From the NCBI GenBank assembly GCA_965248805.1, contig CBDFKJ010000006.1:205473-269472 (forward strand): a DNA stretch of 64,000 nucleotides, read 5' to 3'. This DNA is from Alphaproteobacteria bacterium. GTDB lineage: Bacteria; Pseudomonadota; Alphaproteobacteria; UBA6615. The stretch's first letter is position 1; each line of letters starts with the position of its first letter. Made by a program: the position numbers and the translations under genes. The notes beneath the pieces are model-generated. The model was not told the origin of the DNA. It searched no databases and worked only from the letters and a program-made list of their open reading frames with translations. Positions 1 to 11,109 of this stretch are shown here, in pieces.

Positions 1-868
1 CGCGGCAGGTCTCGAGTGCACACTTGCCGCTGCACGCCGGAGCGCGATTATCGCGCTCGCCAACAAAGAGAGTCTGGTCTGCGGCGGGGCGCTCTTGATG
101 GCCGAGATTGCGCGCAGCGGGGCGACGCTGCTGCCGGTCGATTCCGAGCACAATGCCATTTTCCAGGTATTTGATTTCGACCAACCCGAGCGTGTCGAGC
201 GCTTGATCCTGACCGCATCGGGCGGTCCGTTTCGTGAGATGGACCCGGCACGGATGGCCCGTGCCACGGTGGCCGAGGCGGTCGCACATCCGGTATGGGA
301 CATGGGTGCAAAGATCTCGGTCGACTCTGCGACCATGATGAACAAGGGCCTTGAACTGATCGAGGCGCATCACCTATTCGGCATAGAAGAGGCGCGCATT
401 GAGGTGCTCGTGCACCCGCAGTCGGTCGTCCATTCGATGGTTGCCTATGAGGATGGATCGGTGCTGGCGCAATTGGGTACGCCGGACATGAGGACACCGA
501 TTGCCTATACACTGGCCTGGCCGGAGCGGATGAGGACGCCAACCGCCCGGCTTGATCTGGCGGCGCTCGGCACCCTATCGTTCGAGCCGCCCGATGTGCA
601 GCGATTTCCCGCACTGCGGCTGGCCCGCGCGGCCCTGCGCGCGGGCGGCAGTGCACCAACCGTCCTCAATGCCGCCAACGAGGTTGCGGTGCACGGGTTC
701 ATTAACGGCGCGATCGGGTTCCTCGACATCGCCCGCGTCGTCGAGGAGGCGCTTACTGCTGTTCCGGCGGTGAACCTGACCAGCCTGGGCGACGTTGCGG
801 ACACTGACCGGGCGGCGCGGCAACATGCCGAGACGCTCGTTAAGGGGATGCAACAGAAACGGGCGTAG
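1..868 (+). CDS. dxr: 1-deoxy-D-xylulose 5-phosphate reductoisomerase, C-terminal part (5' end lies outside the window)
   Basis: ORF 95..868 carries Dxr motifs ([30 protein letters not shown]) and the frame stays open back to the window start. Dxr-rseP-bamA is the conserved order. Confidence 0.9.
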   Translation, partial: AAGLECTLAAARRSAIIALANKESLVCGGALLMAEIARSGATLLPVDSEHNAIFQVFDFDQPERVERLILTASGGPFREMDPARMARATVAEAVAHPVWDMGAKISVDSATMMNKGLELIEAHHLFGIEEARIEVLVHPQSVVHSMVAYEDGSVLAQLGTPDMRTPIAYTLAWPERMRTPTARLDLAALGTLSFEPPDVQRFPALRLARAALRAGGSAPTVLNAANEVAVHGFINGAIGFLDIARVVEEALTAVPAVNLTSLGDVADTDRAARQHAETLVKGMQQKRA

Positions 869-920
869 CATTCCTAAACGATCGCCAAGATGGCGAATAT
901 TGCGATTTGAGACGCGGCGA

Positions 921-2042
921 ATGGGTTCATTTCTAATCACACTGTTCTGGTTTGTGGCGGTCCTGACGCCGATCGTCTTCATCCATGAGTTCGGCCACTA
1001 CCTGGTGGCGCGCTGGAACCGCGTCCGTGTGGAGGTCTTCTCGATCGGTTTCGGACCGGAACTGTTCGGCTTCAACGACGGTGCGGGCACACGTTGGAAA
1101 TTCGCCGCGCTGCCGCTGGGCGGCTATGTGAAGATGCTGGGCCAGAGCGATTTGGGCCCCGACGATGCCGAAATGGTAACGATGAGCGAGGACGAGCGGC
1201 GCGATTCGTTTCACACCAAGTCGCTGCCGCGCAAGGCCGCGATCGTGGCCGCCGGACCGATCGCCAACCTCATTCTCGCAATGACGATCTTCGCCGGCGT
1301 CTTCATGACGGTCGGCCAGGCGTTCACGCCGGCAACCGTCATCGCCGTTATTGAAGGGTCGGCGGCGGAGCGCGCCGGCATCCGCGAAGGCGACGTCATC
1401 ACAGAGGTTGACGGATACTCGATCCATCGGTTCGAGGAAATCGTGCAGCTGGTCCCGCTGTTTCCCAATCAAACCATCGACCTCGAACTCGACCGCGCCG
1501 GCAGTCGGATTGCGCTCACCGTTACGCCCGATCTGACGACGCGGGAGTCGCCACTGGGCGACAACATCAACATCGGCGTCCTCGGCGTACGTGGGGAAAC
1601 GCCGCAAATCGTCCGGCACGGCCCGGCGAAGGCGGTATGGGAGGGCTGGCGGCAGACGCGTCGCCTGGTCTCGGTGTTATTCCTCGCCACCGGCCAGATG
1701 GTCAGTGGCGAGCGCGGCACGGAGGAGCTCGGCGGACCGGTGCGCATTGCACAGATGTCCGGAGCCGCCGCCGATAGCGGAATTTTTGGCCTGTTCTTCT
1801 TTGCCGCCTACCTGTCGGTCACGCTCGGCGTGATCAACTTGTTTCCAATACCCGTCCTGGATGGCGGTCATTTAGCATTCTACGCCTACGAAGCCATCCG
1901 CGGCCGCCCGCCGAGCCCAAGAATGCAGGAGTGCAGCCTGCGCATCGGCCTGGCGTTGCTCGTCTGCCTGATGATCTTCGCCACATACAATGACTTGGCG
2001 CGACTGCCCATTATTCGCTATGTTGTCGGCTTGGTCTCGTAA
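921..2042 (+). CDS. rseP: RIP zinc metalloprotease RseP (site-2 protease) with PDZ domain
   Basis: HEFGHY zinc motif, PDZ region, C-terminal LDGGH motif. Start placed at the internal ATG 921 (MGSFLITLFW) rather than the ORF-track start at 795. Confidence 0.85.
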   Translation: MGSFLITLFWFVAVLTPIVFIHEFGHYLVARWNRVRVEVFSIGFGPELFGFNDGAGTRWKFAALPLGGYVKMLGQSDLGPDDAEMVTMSEDERRDSFHTKSLPRKAAIVAAGPIANLILAMTIFAGVFMTVGQAFTPATVIAVIEGSAAERAGIREGDVITEVDGYSIHRFEEIVQLVPLFPNQTIDLELDRAGSRIALTVTPDLTTRESPLGDNINIGVLGVRGETPQIVRHGPAKAVWEGWRQTRRLVSVLFLATGQMVSGERGTEELGGPVRIAQMSGAAADSGIFGLFFFAAYLSVTLGVINLFPIPVLDGGHLAFYAYEAIRGRPPSPRMQECSLRIGLALLVCLMIFATYNDLARLPIIRYVVGLVS

Positions 2043-2071
2043 GGGGCACGGTTCACACACTATGGGGGGCT

Positions 2072-4357
2072 ATGGTGAGACCGGCCGTTTGCAAGCTGGT
2101 TGCGCTCGCGTGTCTTGGTTTGGGATTCGTCACGGCCGCTTCCAGTAGTGCACAGCCTGCGGGCGACGTCATCTCGGAGATCCGGGTGGCCGGCACGCGG
2201 CGCATCGAACCGGCGACCGTCATATCGCACATGGCGCTGACGCCTGGGCGAGCGTTCGACGCGGAACTGATGAATGAGTCGCTAAAGAGTCTCTTTGGCA
2301 CCGGCTTGTTCGCAGACGTGACGCTGCGCCGTGAGGGCGACGCGCTGATCGTGCAGGTGGTCGAGAATCCGATCATCAATCGCGTCGCTTTCGAGGGCAA
2401 TCGCCGCATCGACGATGAGATCCTCCAGTCCGAAGTGACGCTGCGCTCGCGCCGGGTCTACACCAGGACCCGGGTACAGAGTGACGTCCAACGTGTCCTC
2501 GACGTCTATCGACGCAGCGGCCGGTTCGCGGCGACGGTGGAACCCAAGGTTATCCAGTTGCCGCAGAACCGCGTCGATGTGGTGTTCGAAATCGACGAGG
2601 GACCGATGACGGGCGTGCGATCCATCGCCTTCATCGGCAATGAGGCGTTTAGCGACGGCACCTTGCGGGGTGCTATCCAGACGACCGAAAGCAAGTGGTG
2701 GCGCTTCCTGTCGCGCGGAGACACCTACGATCCCGACCGGCTAACCAACGACCGTGAGCTCTTGCGGCGGTTCTATCTCGCCGAGGGCTATGCCGACTTT
2801 CGCGTCATATCGGCGGTGGCCGAGCTCACGCCCGACCGCGGGGACTTCGTCATTACCTTCGCCGTCGAGGAAGGCGAGCGCTACCACTTCGGCACGATCG
2901 AGGTGAACAGTGAACTACGTGACCTCGAGCCCGAGCAGCTCGCTTCCCTGGTCACCACCCGGGAAGGCGATTGGTACAGTGTCCAGAAGCTCGAGCAATC
3001 TCGGGACTTGATCACGGACGCCGCCGGGCGATTGGGTTATGCCTTCGTCGACGTACGTGCGCGCGTGAACCGCGACCGCGACGCGCTGACCATCAACATT
3101 ACCTACGAAGTGCGCGAAGGCCCGCGGGTCTATGTTGAACGGATCGAGATCACCGGCAACGAACGGACCCATGACAAGGTCATCCGTCGCGAATTCTTGG
3201 TCGTGGAGGGCGACGCCTTCGACCCCGACGCACTGCGCCAATCGCAGACCGGCGTGCGCAACCTCGATTTCTTTGAACGGGTGGAGGTCGACAACGTTCC
3301 CGGCTCGGCGCCCGATCGGACGGTGGTGCGGGTCGATGTCAAGGAGAAGTCCACCGGCGAATTGAGCTTCGGCGCTGGCTACTCGACCACCGCCGGCTTC
3401 CTGGGTGATATCGAGGTGCGCGAGCGCAATCTCCTGGGGCGCGGCCAGGACGTGCGCGTCGGTTTCACGCTGGCCCAGGAGCAGCAGCAGGTCGACTTCA
3501 GCTTCACCGAGCCGTACTTCCTCGACCGTGAGCTATCGGCCGGGTTCGACCTCTTTCGGCGGGTGACCGACCGCGAGGACGAGAGTTCGTTCAAGGAGGA
3601 CAACTTCGGCGGTGCGCTACGCTTGGGCTATCAGATGACACCGGCATTGCGCCACAATGTTCGTTACAACCTGATCAACCAGGACATCACCGACGTCGAC
3701 GCGGATGCGTCGCGGGTCATCCAGTCACAGGCTGGCGAAACCATCATCTCGTCGATTACGAACGACTTTTTCCTGAACCGTCTCGACAGCCGCATCGACC
3801 CCAGCGAGGGTTATTTCGCGCGGTACAGCGTCGACGTCGCCGGCCTTGCCGGTGACGTCCATCATCTGCGCAACAGCATCAGCGCCGGGTACTTCCTGCC
3901 GTTTTTCGAGCGGCAATTCGTGCTTGGCCTCAACGGCGAGGTAGGGTACATCGTCGGTCTCGGCGAGGACGTACGGTTGGCCGATCGGTTCTTTGTCGGC
4001 GGCATGCGGCTTCGGGGCTTTGAAAACGCGGGCGTCGGGCCGCGCGATCTGGTGACCAACGACGCACTGGGCGGCAATCTGCTAGGACTGGTCACCGCCG
4101 AGATCAGCTTTCCGCTGGGGCTGCCCCGTGAGCTCGGTGTCACCGGCAAAGCCTTTGTTGATGCCGGCACGCTCACGGATATCGAGGAGTCGGGGCCGGG
4201 TCTTATCGATACGAGATCGATTCGCGCCGCTGCCGGCGTCGGTATCGCATGGCGGTCGCCGCTGGGGCCAATGAGATTGGACATTGCCGAGGCATTCGCC
4301 AAGGAAGACCATGATCAGACCGAATTGTTCCGCTTCAGCTTTGGCACACGGTTCTAA
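2072..4357 (+). CDS. bamA: outer membrane protein assembly factor BamA (Omp85)
   Basis: 761 aa with signal peptide, POTRA-like repeats and a C-terminal beta-barrel ending in an aromatic residue. Located between rseP and skp. Confidence 0.93.
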   Translation: MVRPAVCKLVALACLGLGFVTAASSSAQPAGDVISEIRVAGTRRIEPATVISHMALTPGRAFDAELMNESLKSLFGTGLFADVTLRREGDALIVQVVENPIINRVAFEGNRRIDDEILQSEVTLRSRRVYTRTRVQSDVQRVLDVYRRSGRFAATVEPKVIQLPQNRVDVVFEIDEGPMTGVRSIAFIGNEAFSDGTLRGAIQTTESKWWRFLSRGDTYDPDRLTNDRELLRRFYLAEGYADFRVISAVAELTPDRGDFVITFAVEEGERYHFGTIEVNSELRDLEPEQLASLVTTREGDWYSVQKLEQSRDLITDAAGRLGYAFVDVRARVNRDRDALTINITYEVREGPRVYVERIEITGNERTHDKVIRREFLVVEGDAFDPDALRQSQTGVRNLDFFERVEVDNVPGSAPDRTVVRVDVKEKSTGELSFGAGYSTTAGFLGDIEVRERNLLGRGQDVRVGFTLAQEQQQVDFSFTEPYFLDRELSAGFDLFRRVTDREDESSFKEDNFGGALRLGYQMTPALRHNVRYNLINQDITDVDADASRVIQSQAGETIISSITNDFFLNRLDSRIDPSEGYFARYSVDVAGLAGDVHHLRNSISAGYFLPFFERQFVLGLNGEVGYIVGLGEDVRLADRFFVGGMRLRGFENAGVGPRDLVTNDALGGNLLGLVTAEISFPLGLPRELGVTGKAFVDAGTLTDIEESGPGLIDTRSIRAAAGVGIAWRSPLGPMRLDIAEAFAKEDHDQTELFRFSFGTRF

Positions 4358-4933
4358 ATGAACGGAGTCGGCGGGTGCATGTGCCTGGGCATAGCGGTGA
4401 TTTGCGCGTCGTTGACGGCGGGTTCCGCTATTTCTCAGGAAGCCGGTACCGTCGCGGTCGTCAATGTCGAGGCGATCTTGCAGCAGTCCACCGCTGCAGT
4501 GTCCATCCGCGAGCAGCTGGACGAGATATCGGCCGGGTTCCAGGAAAGGATCGATCAGGAGGAGGAGGATATCCGCGCGCAGGAGCGTGATCTGCAACAA
4601 CAACAAGCGCTGCTTGCGCCGGAGGTGTTGCGCGAACGCCGCCAGGAGTGGCAGGAGCGCGCCGCCGACCTGCAACGGCGCGTTGCCACCGCCCGGCGCG
4701 CACTGGCGGAAACGGCAAATTCGGCGACCCGGCATGTGCAGAACATTCTGGTCGAGGAAGTTGCAAAGTTGGCCCAGGAACGAGGCATTGTCATTGTCGT
4801 GCCGAGCTCGCAAACCCTATATGCGGACGAGTCTTTGAACCTGACCGAGGAGGCGCTGGCCCGTCTCAATGAACGCCTGCCGAGGGTCCCGATCGAAATC
4901 ACGGATTCCGAACCCGCGGCCGCGGCCCCCTGA
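4358..4933 (+). CDS. skp: OmpH/Skp family periplasmic chaperone
   Basis: 191 aa with signal peptide and a coiled-coil Q/R/E-rich core. Canonical position between bamA and lpxD. Confidence 0.8.
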   Translation: MNGVGGCMCLGIAVICASLTAGSAISQEAGTVAVVNVEAILQQSTAAVSIREQLDEISAGFQERIDQEEEDIRAQERDLQQQQALLAPEVLRERRQEWQERAADLQRRVATARRALAETANSATRHVQNILVEEVAKLAQERGIVIVVPSSQTLYADESLNLTEEALARLNERLPRVPIEITDSEPAAAAP

Positions 4934-4948
4934 ATTTCGGGCGCGTTC

Positions 4949-5986
4949 ATGGCTGATCCCCGGTTTTTCGTCAATCGCGGGCCCCATCGCCTCGGCAGCC
5001 TGGCCGCAATAGCCGAAGCCGAACTGGCCCCGGATAGCGATCCCGATCTGCTGCTCCACGACGTTGCACCGATCGATGGCGCAAGCGCGCGCGATGTCAC
5101 ATTTCTGGACAACATGCGCTATGCGCAGGCCTTGGAGGCGAGCACGGCCGGCGCTTGCGTGCTGGTCGCCAGGATGGCGCCGCGGGCGCCGCCCGGCATG
5201 GCGCTGCTGCTATCCGACCGCCCGCTCAGCGCGTATGCCGCTATCGCCCGCGCGTTTTATCCGCAGCCCGAATTGGAGGCGAGCACGCATCCCAGCGCGG
5301 TTATCGATGATACCGCGTCCGTCAGCGCCGGCTGCCGGATCGAGGCTTGTTCGGTGATCGGTGCGCGTGCCGAGATTGGCGCCGGGGTTTGGATCGGGCC
5401 GCAGGTCGCCATCGGTCCGGGTGTGGTCGTCGGCGACCATACGCGCATTGCCGCCGGCGTCTCGCTCTATCACTGCTTGGTCGGCGCCAGTTGCCAGATC
5501 CATGCCGGCGCCCGCATCGGCGAGCGCGGTTTCGGCTTTGCGATGGAAGCCGACGGCTTCATCGACGTGCCGCAACTCGGTCGTGTCGTGATCGAGGACA
5601 ACGTGGAAATCGGCGCCAATACGACGATTGATCGCGGCGCCGGGCCGGATACCGTTATCGGCGCCGGGAGTAAGATCGATAACCAGGTTCAGCTGGGCCA
5701 CAATGTCCGGCTCGGCAAACACTGCGTCGTCGTTGCTCAGGCCGGAGTGGCCGGCAGCACAATCCTTGAGGATCAGGTGGTGCTGGCGGCCAAGGCCGGC
5801 GTCAGCGGTCACCTGCGGCTGGCGCGCGGCGCGCAGGTCGCCGCCGATGCCGGCGTCATGAAGAATGTCGGCCCGGGCGAGACCGTCGGCGGCTCGCCCG
5901 CCGTGCCGATTCGTCAGTGGTTGCGCCAGCACGCCGTTCTAGCCAAATTTGCAGGCGCGCGCACAAAGGGTCAGACCGATGACTAA
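4949..5986 (+). CDS. lpxD: UDP-3-O-(3-hydroxyacyl)glucosamine N-acyltransferase
   Basis: 345 aa left-handed beta-helix hexapeptide-repeat protein with an LpxD N-terminal domain. Conserved lpxD-fabZ-lpxA order. Confidence 0.92.
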   Translation: MADPRFFVNRGPHRLGSLAAIAEAELAPDSDPDLLLHDVAPIDGASARDVTFLDNMRYAQALEASTAGACVLVARMAPRAPPGMALLLSDRPLSAYAAIARAFYPQPELEASTHPSAVIDDTASVSAGCRIEACSVIGARAEIGAGVWIGPQVAIGPGVVVGDHTRIAAGVSLYHCLVGASCQIHAGARIGERGFGFAMEADGFIDVPQLGRVVIEDNVEIGANTTIDRGAGPDTVIGAGSKIDNQVQLGHNVRLGKHCVVVAQAGVAGSTILEDQVVLAAKAGVSGHLRLARGAQVAADAGVMKNVGPGETVGGSPAVPIRQWLRQHAVLAKFAGARTKGQTDD

Positions 5987-6464
5987 CCCCATGGCGAAAC
6001 GGCAACCGTCCGACGCTGCCCCGTTCTCTATCGACATCTCCCGCATCATGGAGATGATCCCGCACCGCTATCCATTTCTGATGATCGACCGGGTTGTCGA
6101 TGTCAGGCTCGACGACAGCGCTGTCGGCATCAAGAACGTCACCGCCAGCGAGCCCCATTTCCAAGGCCATTTCCCGCAGCAAGCGGTCATGCCCGGCGTA
6201 TTGATTATCGAGGCGATGGCGCAAACCGCGGCGGTGCTGGTGGTGGCCACGCTGGGCTCGGGCGCTGAGGGCAAGCTGGTCTACTTCATGTCGATCGACA
6301 ATGCGCGATTTCGCAAGCCCGTAACACCGGGCGATACGCTGTGCATCTACGTCAACAAGGTGCGTAGCCGCGGCTCCGTATGGAAGTTCACCGCCGAGGC
6401 GCGGGTCGGCGACACGGTGGTCGCCGAAGCCACCTACGCGGCGATGATCCTGGATACTGAATGA
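5979..6464 (+). CDS. fabZ: 3-hydroxyacyl-ACP dehydratase FabZ
   Basis: Hot-dog fold with the HFxGHFP motif ([18 protein letters not shown]). Start at ATG 5979, overlapping the lpxD 3' end. Confidence 0.9.
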   Translation: MTNPMAKRQPSDAAPFSIDISRIMEMIPHRYPFLMIDRVVDVRLDDSAVGIKNVTASEPHFQGHFPQQAVMPGVLIIEAMAQTAAVLVVATLGSGAEGKLVYFMSIDNARFRKPVTPGDTLCIYVNKVRSRGSVWKFTAEARVGDTVVAEATYAAMILDTE

Positions 6465-7264
6465 GCAACATCCACCCGACCGCGGTGATCGAGGCGGGCG
6501 CGGAACTCGGCGAAAATGTCGAGATCGGCCCCTACTGCGTCATCGGACCCCATGTCGTGCTGGGCGACGGCGTCCGGCTGAACTCGCATGTCGTGATCGG
6601 CGGACGCACCCGTGTCGGCGTGAACACGGCGATCTATCCATTCGCGGCGATCGGGCATATTCCGCAAGATTTGAAGTATGACAACGAGCCGTCAGAGCTG
6701 ATGATCGGCGCCAACAACGTCATTCGCGAGCATGCCACCCTGCACCCCGGCACTGCCGGCGGCGGCATGGCCACGCGCGTCGGCGACAATTGCCTGTTCA
6801 TGGTCGGCGCCCATGTCGCCCATGATTGCCGGATCGGCGATGGCGTCATTATGGCCAACAACGCCACCCTGGGCGGGCATGTGACGGTCGGCGAGTGCGC
6901 CATTATCGGCGGCTTGGCGGCCGTCCACCAGTATGTGCGTATCGGCAGGCACTCAATGATCGGCGGCATGTCGGGTGTCGAGCATGACGTCATTCCCTAT
7001 GGCTCGGCGATGGGCGACCGTGCGCGCCTGACCGGGCTGAATATCGTCGGCCTGAAGCGCCGCGGTTTCGACCGCGACGTCATCCACGCGCTGCGCACCG
7101 CCTACCGGTTGCTGTTCGCCAGCGAGGGCACGTTGGTCGAGCGGATCGAGGATGTCGTAAAGCTCTACGACGCCTATCCCTGCGTCACCGAGATCACCGA
7201 TTTCATGCGTGGCGCCAATTCCTCCCGCACTGTCCTGCAACCGCGGGTGCCAGATGGCGCCTAG
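6461..7264 (+). CDS. lpxA: acyl-ACP--UDP-N-acetylglucosamine O-acyltransferase
   Basis: 267 aa hexapeptide-repeat protein starting [11 protein letters not shown], typical of LpxA. Confidence 0.92.
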   Translation: MSNIHPTAVIEAGAELGENVEIGPYCVIGPHVVLGDGVRLNSHVVIGGRTRVGVNTAIYPFAAIGHIPQDLKYDNEPSELMIGANNVIREHATLHPGTAGGGMATRVGDNCLFMVGAHVAHDCRIGDGVIMANNATLGGHVTVGECAIIGGLAAVHQYVRIGRHSMIGGMSGVEHDVIPYGSAMGDRARLTGLNIVGLKRRGFDRDVIHALRTAYRLLFASEGTLVERIEDVVKLYDAYPCVTEITDFMRGANSSRTVLQPRVPDGA

Positions 7265-8072
7265 GCTCGGCATTCTTGCCGGGGGCGGGACATTGCCGAG
7301 GAGGCTGATCGATGCCTGCCGCTCCGCGGGCCGGGACGTGTTCGTACTCGCCTTTGAAAACCATGCCGATCCCTCTGTGATCGGAGACGCGCCGCATGGC
7401 TGGGTGCGACTGGGCGCGGTCGGTACGGCTTTGCGCATGCTGCGCGAGCACGACGTCGGAGAACTGGTGATGGCCGGCCCGGTCGGCAGACCCAGTCTCG
7501 GCGACCTGCGTCCCGACGCCAAGGCGCTCGCTTGGCTGTCGAAGGGCCTGCTGCGCAAGGGCGACGACCAGGTGCTACGGACGATTATTGGAATGTTGGA
7601 GGACGAAGGCTTTTCGGTTGTTGGCGCTCATGAAGTGCTCAACGGCGATATTGCCCCGGCTGGACGCATTGGCGCCTTGGCGCCCGACGATCTGGCCGCC
7701 GAGGACATTCGGCGCGGCGTTGAAGTTGCTCGGGCCCTGGGCGCCGTCGATGTTGGGCAGGCCGTTGTCGTGCAACAAGGCATAGTGCTGGGAGTCGAAG
7801 CTGCCGATGGCACCGACGCGCTTTTGCGGCGCTGCGGATCCTTGCGGCGCGAAGGGCTGGGCGGCGTGCTGGTGAAGCTCGCCAAGCCCGGACAGGATAC
7901 GCGCGCCGACTTGCCCACGATCGGACCCGGTACCGTGCGCGCGGCGGCGGCTTGCGGCCTGCGCGGCCTCGCCATGAGCGCCGGCCTGACCCTGCTGCTG
8001 TCGCGTGACGAGACGGTGGCGGCCGCGGATGCGGCCGGGCTGTTCCTGGTTGGCATCGACTCCAAAACGTGA
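7254..8072 (+). CDS. lpxI: UDP-2,3-diacylglucosamine pyrophosphatase LpxI (DUF1009)
   Basis: Starts MAPRLGILAGGGTLP and sits between lpxA and lpxB as in alphaproteobacteria. Start taken at ATG 7254. Confidence 0.85.
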   Translation: MAPRLGILAGGGTLPRRLIDACRSAGRDVFVLAFENHADPSVIGDAPHGWVRLGAVGTALRMLREHDVGELVMAGPVGRPSLGDLRPDAKALAWLSKGLLRKGDDQVLRTIIGMLEDEGFSVVGAHEVLNGDIAPAGRIGALAPDDLAAEDIRRGVEVARALGAVDVGQAVVVQQGIVLGVEAADGTDALLRRCGSLRREGLGGVLVKLAKPGQDTRADLPTIGPGTVRAAAACGLRGLAMSAGLTLLLSRDETVAAADAAGLFLVGIDSKT

Positions 8073-9286
8073 GCTCACCGCCCTTGATTTATCTCGTCGC
8101 CGGCGAGGCTTCCGGTGATGCGTTGGGCGCGCGTTTGATGGCGGCGCTCGAGCAGCGCACGGGCGGCGAGGTTCGATTCGCCGGCGTCGGTGGCGCGCAA
8201 ATGCGTCAGGCTGGGATGCAGAGCCTTTTTCCAATTTCCGACCTCGCGGTGATGGGCCTGGTGGAGGTTCTGCCGCGCGCACGGCTGCTATTGCGGCGCA
8301 TGCGCGAGGTCGCGGGCGCTATCGAACAGGCACGACCGGCCGCCGTAGTCACGATCGACGCTCCGTCCTTTGCCTACGGAATGCTCAAACGACTGCGCAA
8401 TCGGGATGCGCCGCGCATCCATTACGTCGCGCCCCAGGTTTGGGCCTGGCGGCCGTGGCGGGTGCGCAAGTACGCCCGTGTCTTCGACCACATTCTGGCG
8501 CTGCTGCCGTTCGAGCCGGCGTTCTTCGCCAGGGCCGGGCTGGGGTGCACGTTCGTTGGCCATCCGGCGGTCGACGCGCCACGGGACGTCCGCGCTGGCC
8601 AGCGCTTTCGCGCCGCGTATGACATCCCGCCAGACGCGCCGTTGATCGCCGTGCTGCCGGGCAGTCGCATGGGTGAGGTCACCCGGCTGCTGCCCGTGTT
8701 CGCGCAGAGCCTGGAGCGAGTGCGGGAGAGTGTCCCGGACATACGCGCCGTGTTGCCGAGTGTCCCGACGGTCGCCGACACGGTCGCGCGTGCCGTCGCC
8801 GAATGGCCGCTGCCGACCACGATGGTCGGCGCCGGTGAACGATCCGCCGCGTTCGCCGCCAGCGATGTCGCGCTGGCTGCTTCCGGCACCGTCTCGCTCG
8901 AGCTCGCCGCCGCCGGCGTGCCGCATCTGATCGCCTACCGCGTGAACGCCATCACCGCGGCAGTGGTGCGGGCATTGATGCGTGTCCCGTATGCCAACAT
9001 CAATAACCTGATCCTGGACCGGCCGGTTGTGCCGGAGCTGCTGCAACAGGACTGTACGCCCGCGCGGCTTGCCGAGACCGTGCTGCCCTTGCTGCAGGAT
9101 GGGGACGTCCGCGCGGCACAACGGCGCGCGTTTGAGGAGGTGGTTCAGCGGCTGGGCGCTGGTGGCGAAGCGCCGAGCGCGCGGGCAGCCGATGTTATTC
9201 TCGATATCGCTGGCATTCGCAGTGCCACGTCGCCGACGATCGTATCGAACAAGGTTAAGGACGGCCATGTCGAAGCCAATGGATAG
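8069..9286 (+). CDS. lpxB: lipid-A-disaccharide synthase
   Basis: 405 aa with the VAGEASGD N-terminal motif and a GT-B fold. GTG start. Confidence 0.9.
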   Translation: MSSPPLIYLVAGEASGDALGARLMAALEQRTGGEVRFAGVGGAQMRQAGMQSLFPISDLAVMGLVEVLPRARLLLRRMREVAGAIEQARPAAVVTIDAPSFAYGMLKRLRNRDAPRIHYVAPQVWAWRPWRVRKYARVFDHILALLPFEPAFFARAGLGCTFVGHPAVDAPRDVRAGQRFRAAYDIPPDAPLIAVLPGSRMGEVTRLLPVFAQSLERVRESVPDIRAVLPSVPTVADTVARAVAEWPLPTTMVGAGERSAAFAASDVALAASGTVSLELAAAGVPHLIAYRVNAITAAVVRALMRVPYANINNLILDRPVVPELLQQDCTPARLAETVLPLLQDGDVRAAQRRAFEEVVQRLGAGGEAPSARAADVILDIAGIRSATSPTIVSNKVKDGHVEANG

Positions 9287-9681
9287 CGGCAAGTTCCGCC
9301 TGCTACACACCATGATTCGAGTGAGAGACCTGGATCGATCGCTGGATTTCTATACCCGGCTTTTGGGAATGGCACTGCTGCGCCGCACGGACTATCCATC
9401 CGGCAAGTTCACGCTTGCCTTCGTCGGCTATGGCAACGAAGACAGTGCCGCCATGATGGAATTGACCCACAACTGGGATCAGGCCGAGCCGTATGACATT
9501 GGTAACGGCTTCGGCCATGTCGCGATCGGCGTGCCCGATATCTTTGGCACCTGTGAGGCGCTAGCCGCCGCCGGCACCTCGATCCCGCGACCGCCGGGTC
9601 CGATGAAACACGGAAGCACGGTCATTGCGTTTATCGAGGGATCCGGACGGCTACAAGATCGAGCTGATCCAGCGGGCGTGA
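9267..9681 (+). CDS. gloA: lactoylglutathione lyase (glyoxalase I) carrying an apparent +1 frameshift near the 3' end
   Basis: MSKPMDSGKFRLLHTMIRVRDLDRSLDFY matches GloA. The conserved C-terminus (DPDGYKIELIQRA*) resumes in the -1 frame after an extra G in 'gaggga' at about 9636-9641. The annotated end, 9681, is the stop in that shifted frame. Confidence 0.7.
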
Positions 9682-9693
9682 CGAACCGCTGCG

Positions 9694-11007
9694 TTAGGGT
9701 CTCTCGGCCAACGGGACGTACGGGCGCAGCGCCTGGCCGGTGTACAGCTGGCGCGGTCGTCCGATGCGCTGATCCTCGTCCTCGATCATTTCCATCCACT
9801 GGGCGATCCACCCTACCGTGCGCGCGACGGCGAACAGCACCGTGAACATGCTGGTGGGGAATCCGATCGCCTTGTAGATGATGCCGGAATAGAAATCGAC
9901 GTTAGGGAACAGCTTGCGCTCGACGAAGTATTCGTCCTCCAGTGCTATGCGTTCCAGCTCCATCGCCAGGCCCAGCAGCGGTTCTTCTCGGACGCCAAGC
10001 TCCTCCAAGACCTCCTGGCAGGACTCGCGTAGCACCGATGCGCGCGGGTCGTAGTTCTTGTAGACACGATGGCCGAAGCCCATGAGACGGAACGGATCAT
10101 CCTTGTCCTTGGCGCGCTTGATGAACTCTCCGAAGCGGTCCTTGCTGTTGATTTCCTGCAGCATGTTGAGCACGGCCTCGTTGGCGCCGCCGTGCGCCGG
10201 TCCCCACAGCGAGGCGATGCCGGCCGCGACACAGGCAAACGGATTGGCGTGCGACGATCCCGCCAAGCGGACGGTCGATGTGGACGCGTTCTGCTCGTGG
10301 TCAGCGTGCAGGATAAATATCCGATCCATCGCCCGGGCGATCGCCGGCCGGACCTTGTACTCCTCCGCCGGCACGGCGAAGCACATGTGCAGGAAGTCGG
10401 CTGCATAAGGCAGGTCATTGCGCGGATACATGATCGGCTGACCGAGCGAGTATTTGTACGCTGTGGCCGCCAGCGTCGGCATTTTGGCGATGAGCCGGCG
10501 CGCGGTGACGAACCGCTGCTCGGGTTCCTTGATGTCAGTCGATTCGTGATAGAAAGCGGACAAGGCGCCCACTGCGCCGACCATGATCGCCATGGGATGC
10601 GCGTCGCGGCGAAAACCGCGAAAGAAGTTCTGCAGTTGCTCGTGCAGCATCGTGTGATGGGTGATGTCTTCAACGAACACCTTTTTTTGCGCGGCGTTCG
10701 GCAGCTCCTCGTGGAGTAGTAGGTGACAGACCTCCATGAAGTCGCTGTGTTGCGCCAAGTCCTGGATCGCGTAGCCGCGGTGCTGTAGTATGCCCTCTTC
10801 GCCGTCGATATAGGTGATCTTCGATTCGCAACTCCCCGTCGACGCGTATCCCGGATCGAACGTGAACATACCGGTCGTGGCGTACAGGCGGCGCAGGTCG
10901 ATGACGCGTGGGCCCACCGTGCCGTCCAAGACCGGGAACTCGAAGCGGCGGCCGGTCTTGTTATCGATGAGCGTCACGGTGTTGGTTTGTGCTTCGTGCT
11001 GATCCAT
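9694..11007 (-). CDS. gltA: citrate synthase (type II)
   Basis: 437 aa citrate synthase with the HGGANE catalytic region. Confidence 0.95.
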   Translation of the reverse strand: MDQHEAQTNTVTLIDNKTGRRFEFPVLDGTVGPRVIDLRRLYATTGMFTFDPGYASTGSCESKITYIDGEEGILQHRGYAIQDLAQHSDFMEVCHLLLHEELPNAAQKKVFVEDITHHTMLHEQLQNFFRGFRRDAHPMAIMVGAVGALSAFYHESTDIKEPEQRFVTARRLIAKMPTLAATAYKYSLGQPIMYPRNDLPYAADFLHMCFAVPAEEYKVRPAIARAMDRIFILHADHEQNASTSTVRLAGSSHANPFACVAAGIASLWGPAHGGANEAVLNMLQEINSKDRFGEFIKRAKDKDDPFRLMGFGHRVYKNYDPRASVLRESCQEVLEELGVREEPLLGLAMELERIALEDEYFVERKLFPNVDFYSGIIYKAIGFPTSMFTVLFAVARTVGWIAQWMEMIEDEDQRIGRPRQLYTGQALRPYVPLAERP

Positions 11008-11109
11008 GAGCGAGCCCTGCTGCCAAATTCGGGAGGCGCCGCCAGATCCTGGCCGCGCACAGTAATCTAATGTTCTACGAGGCCGCCGACAAATTGCCGA
11101 AGCGCCAAA

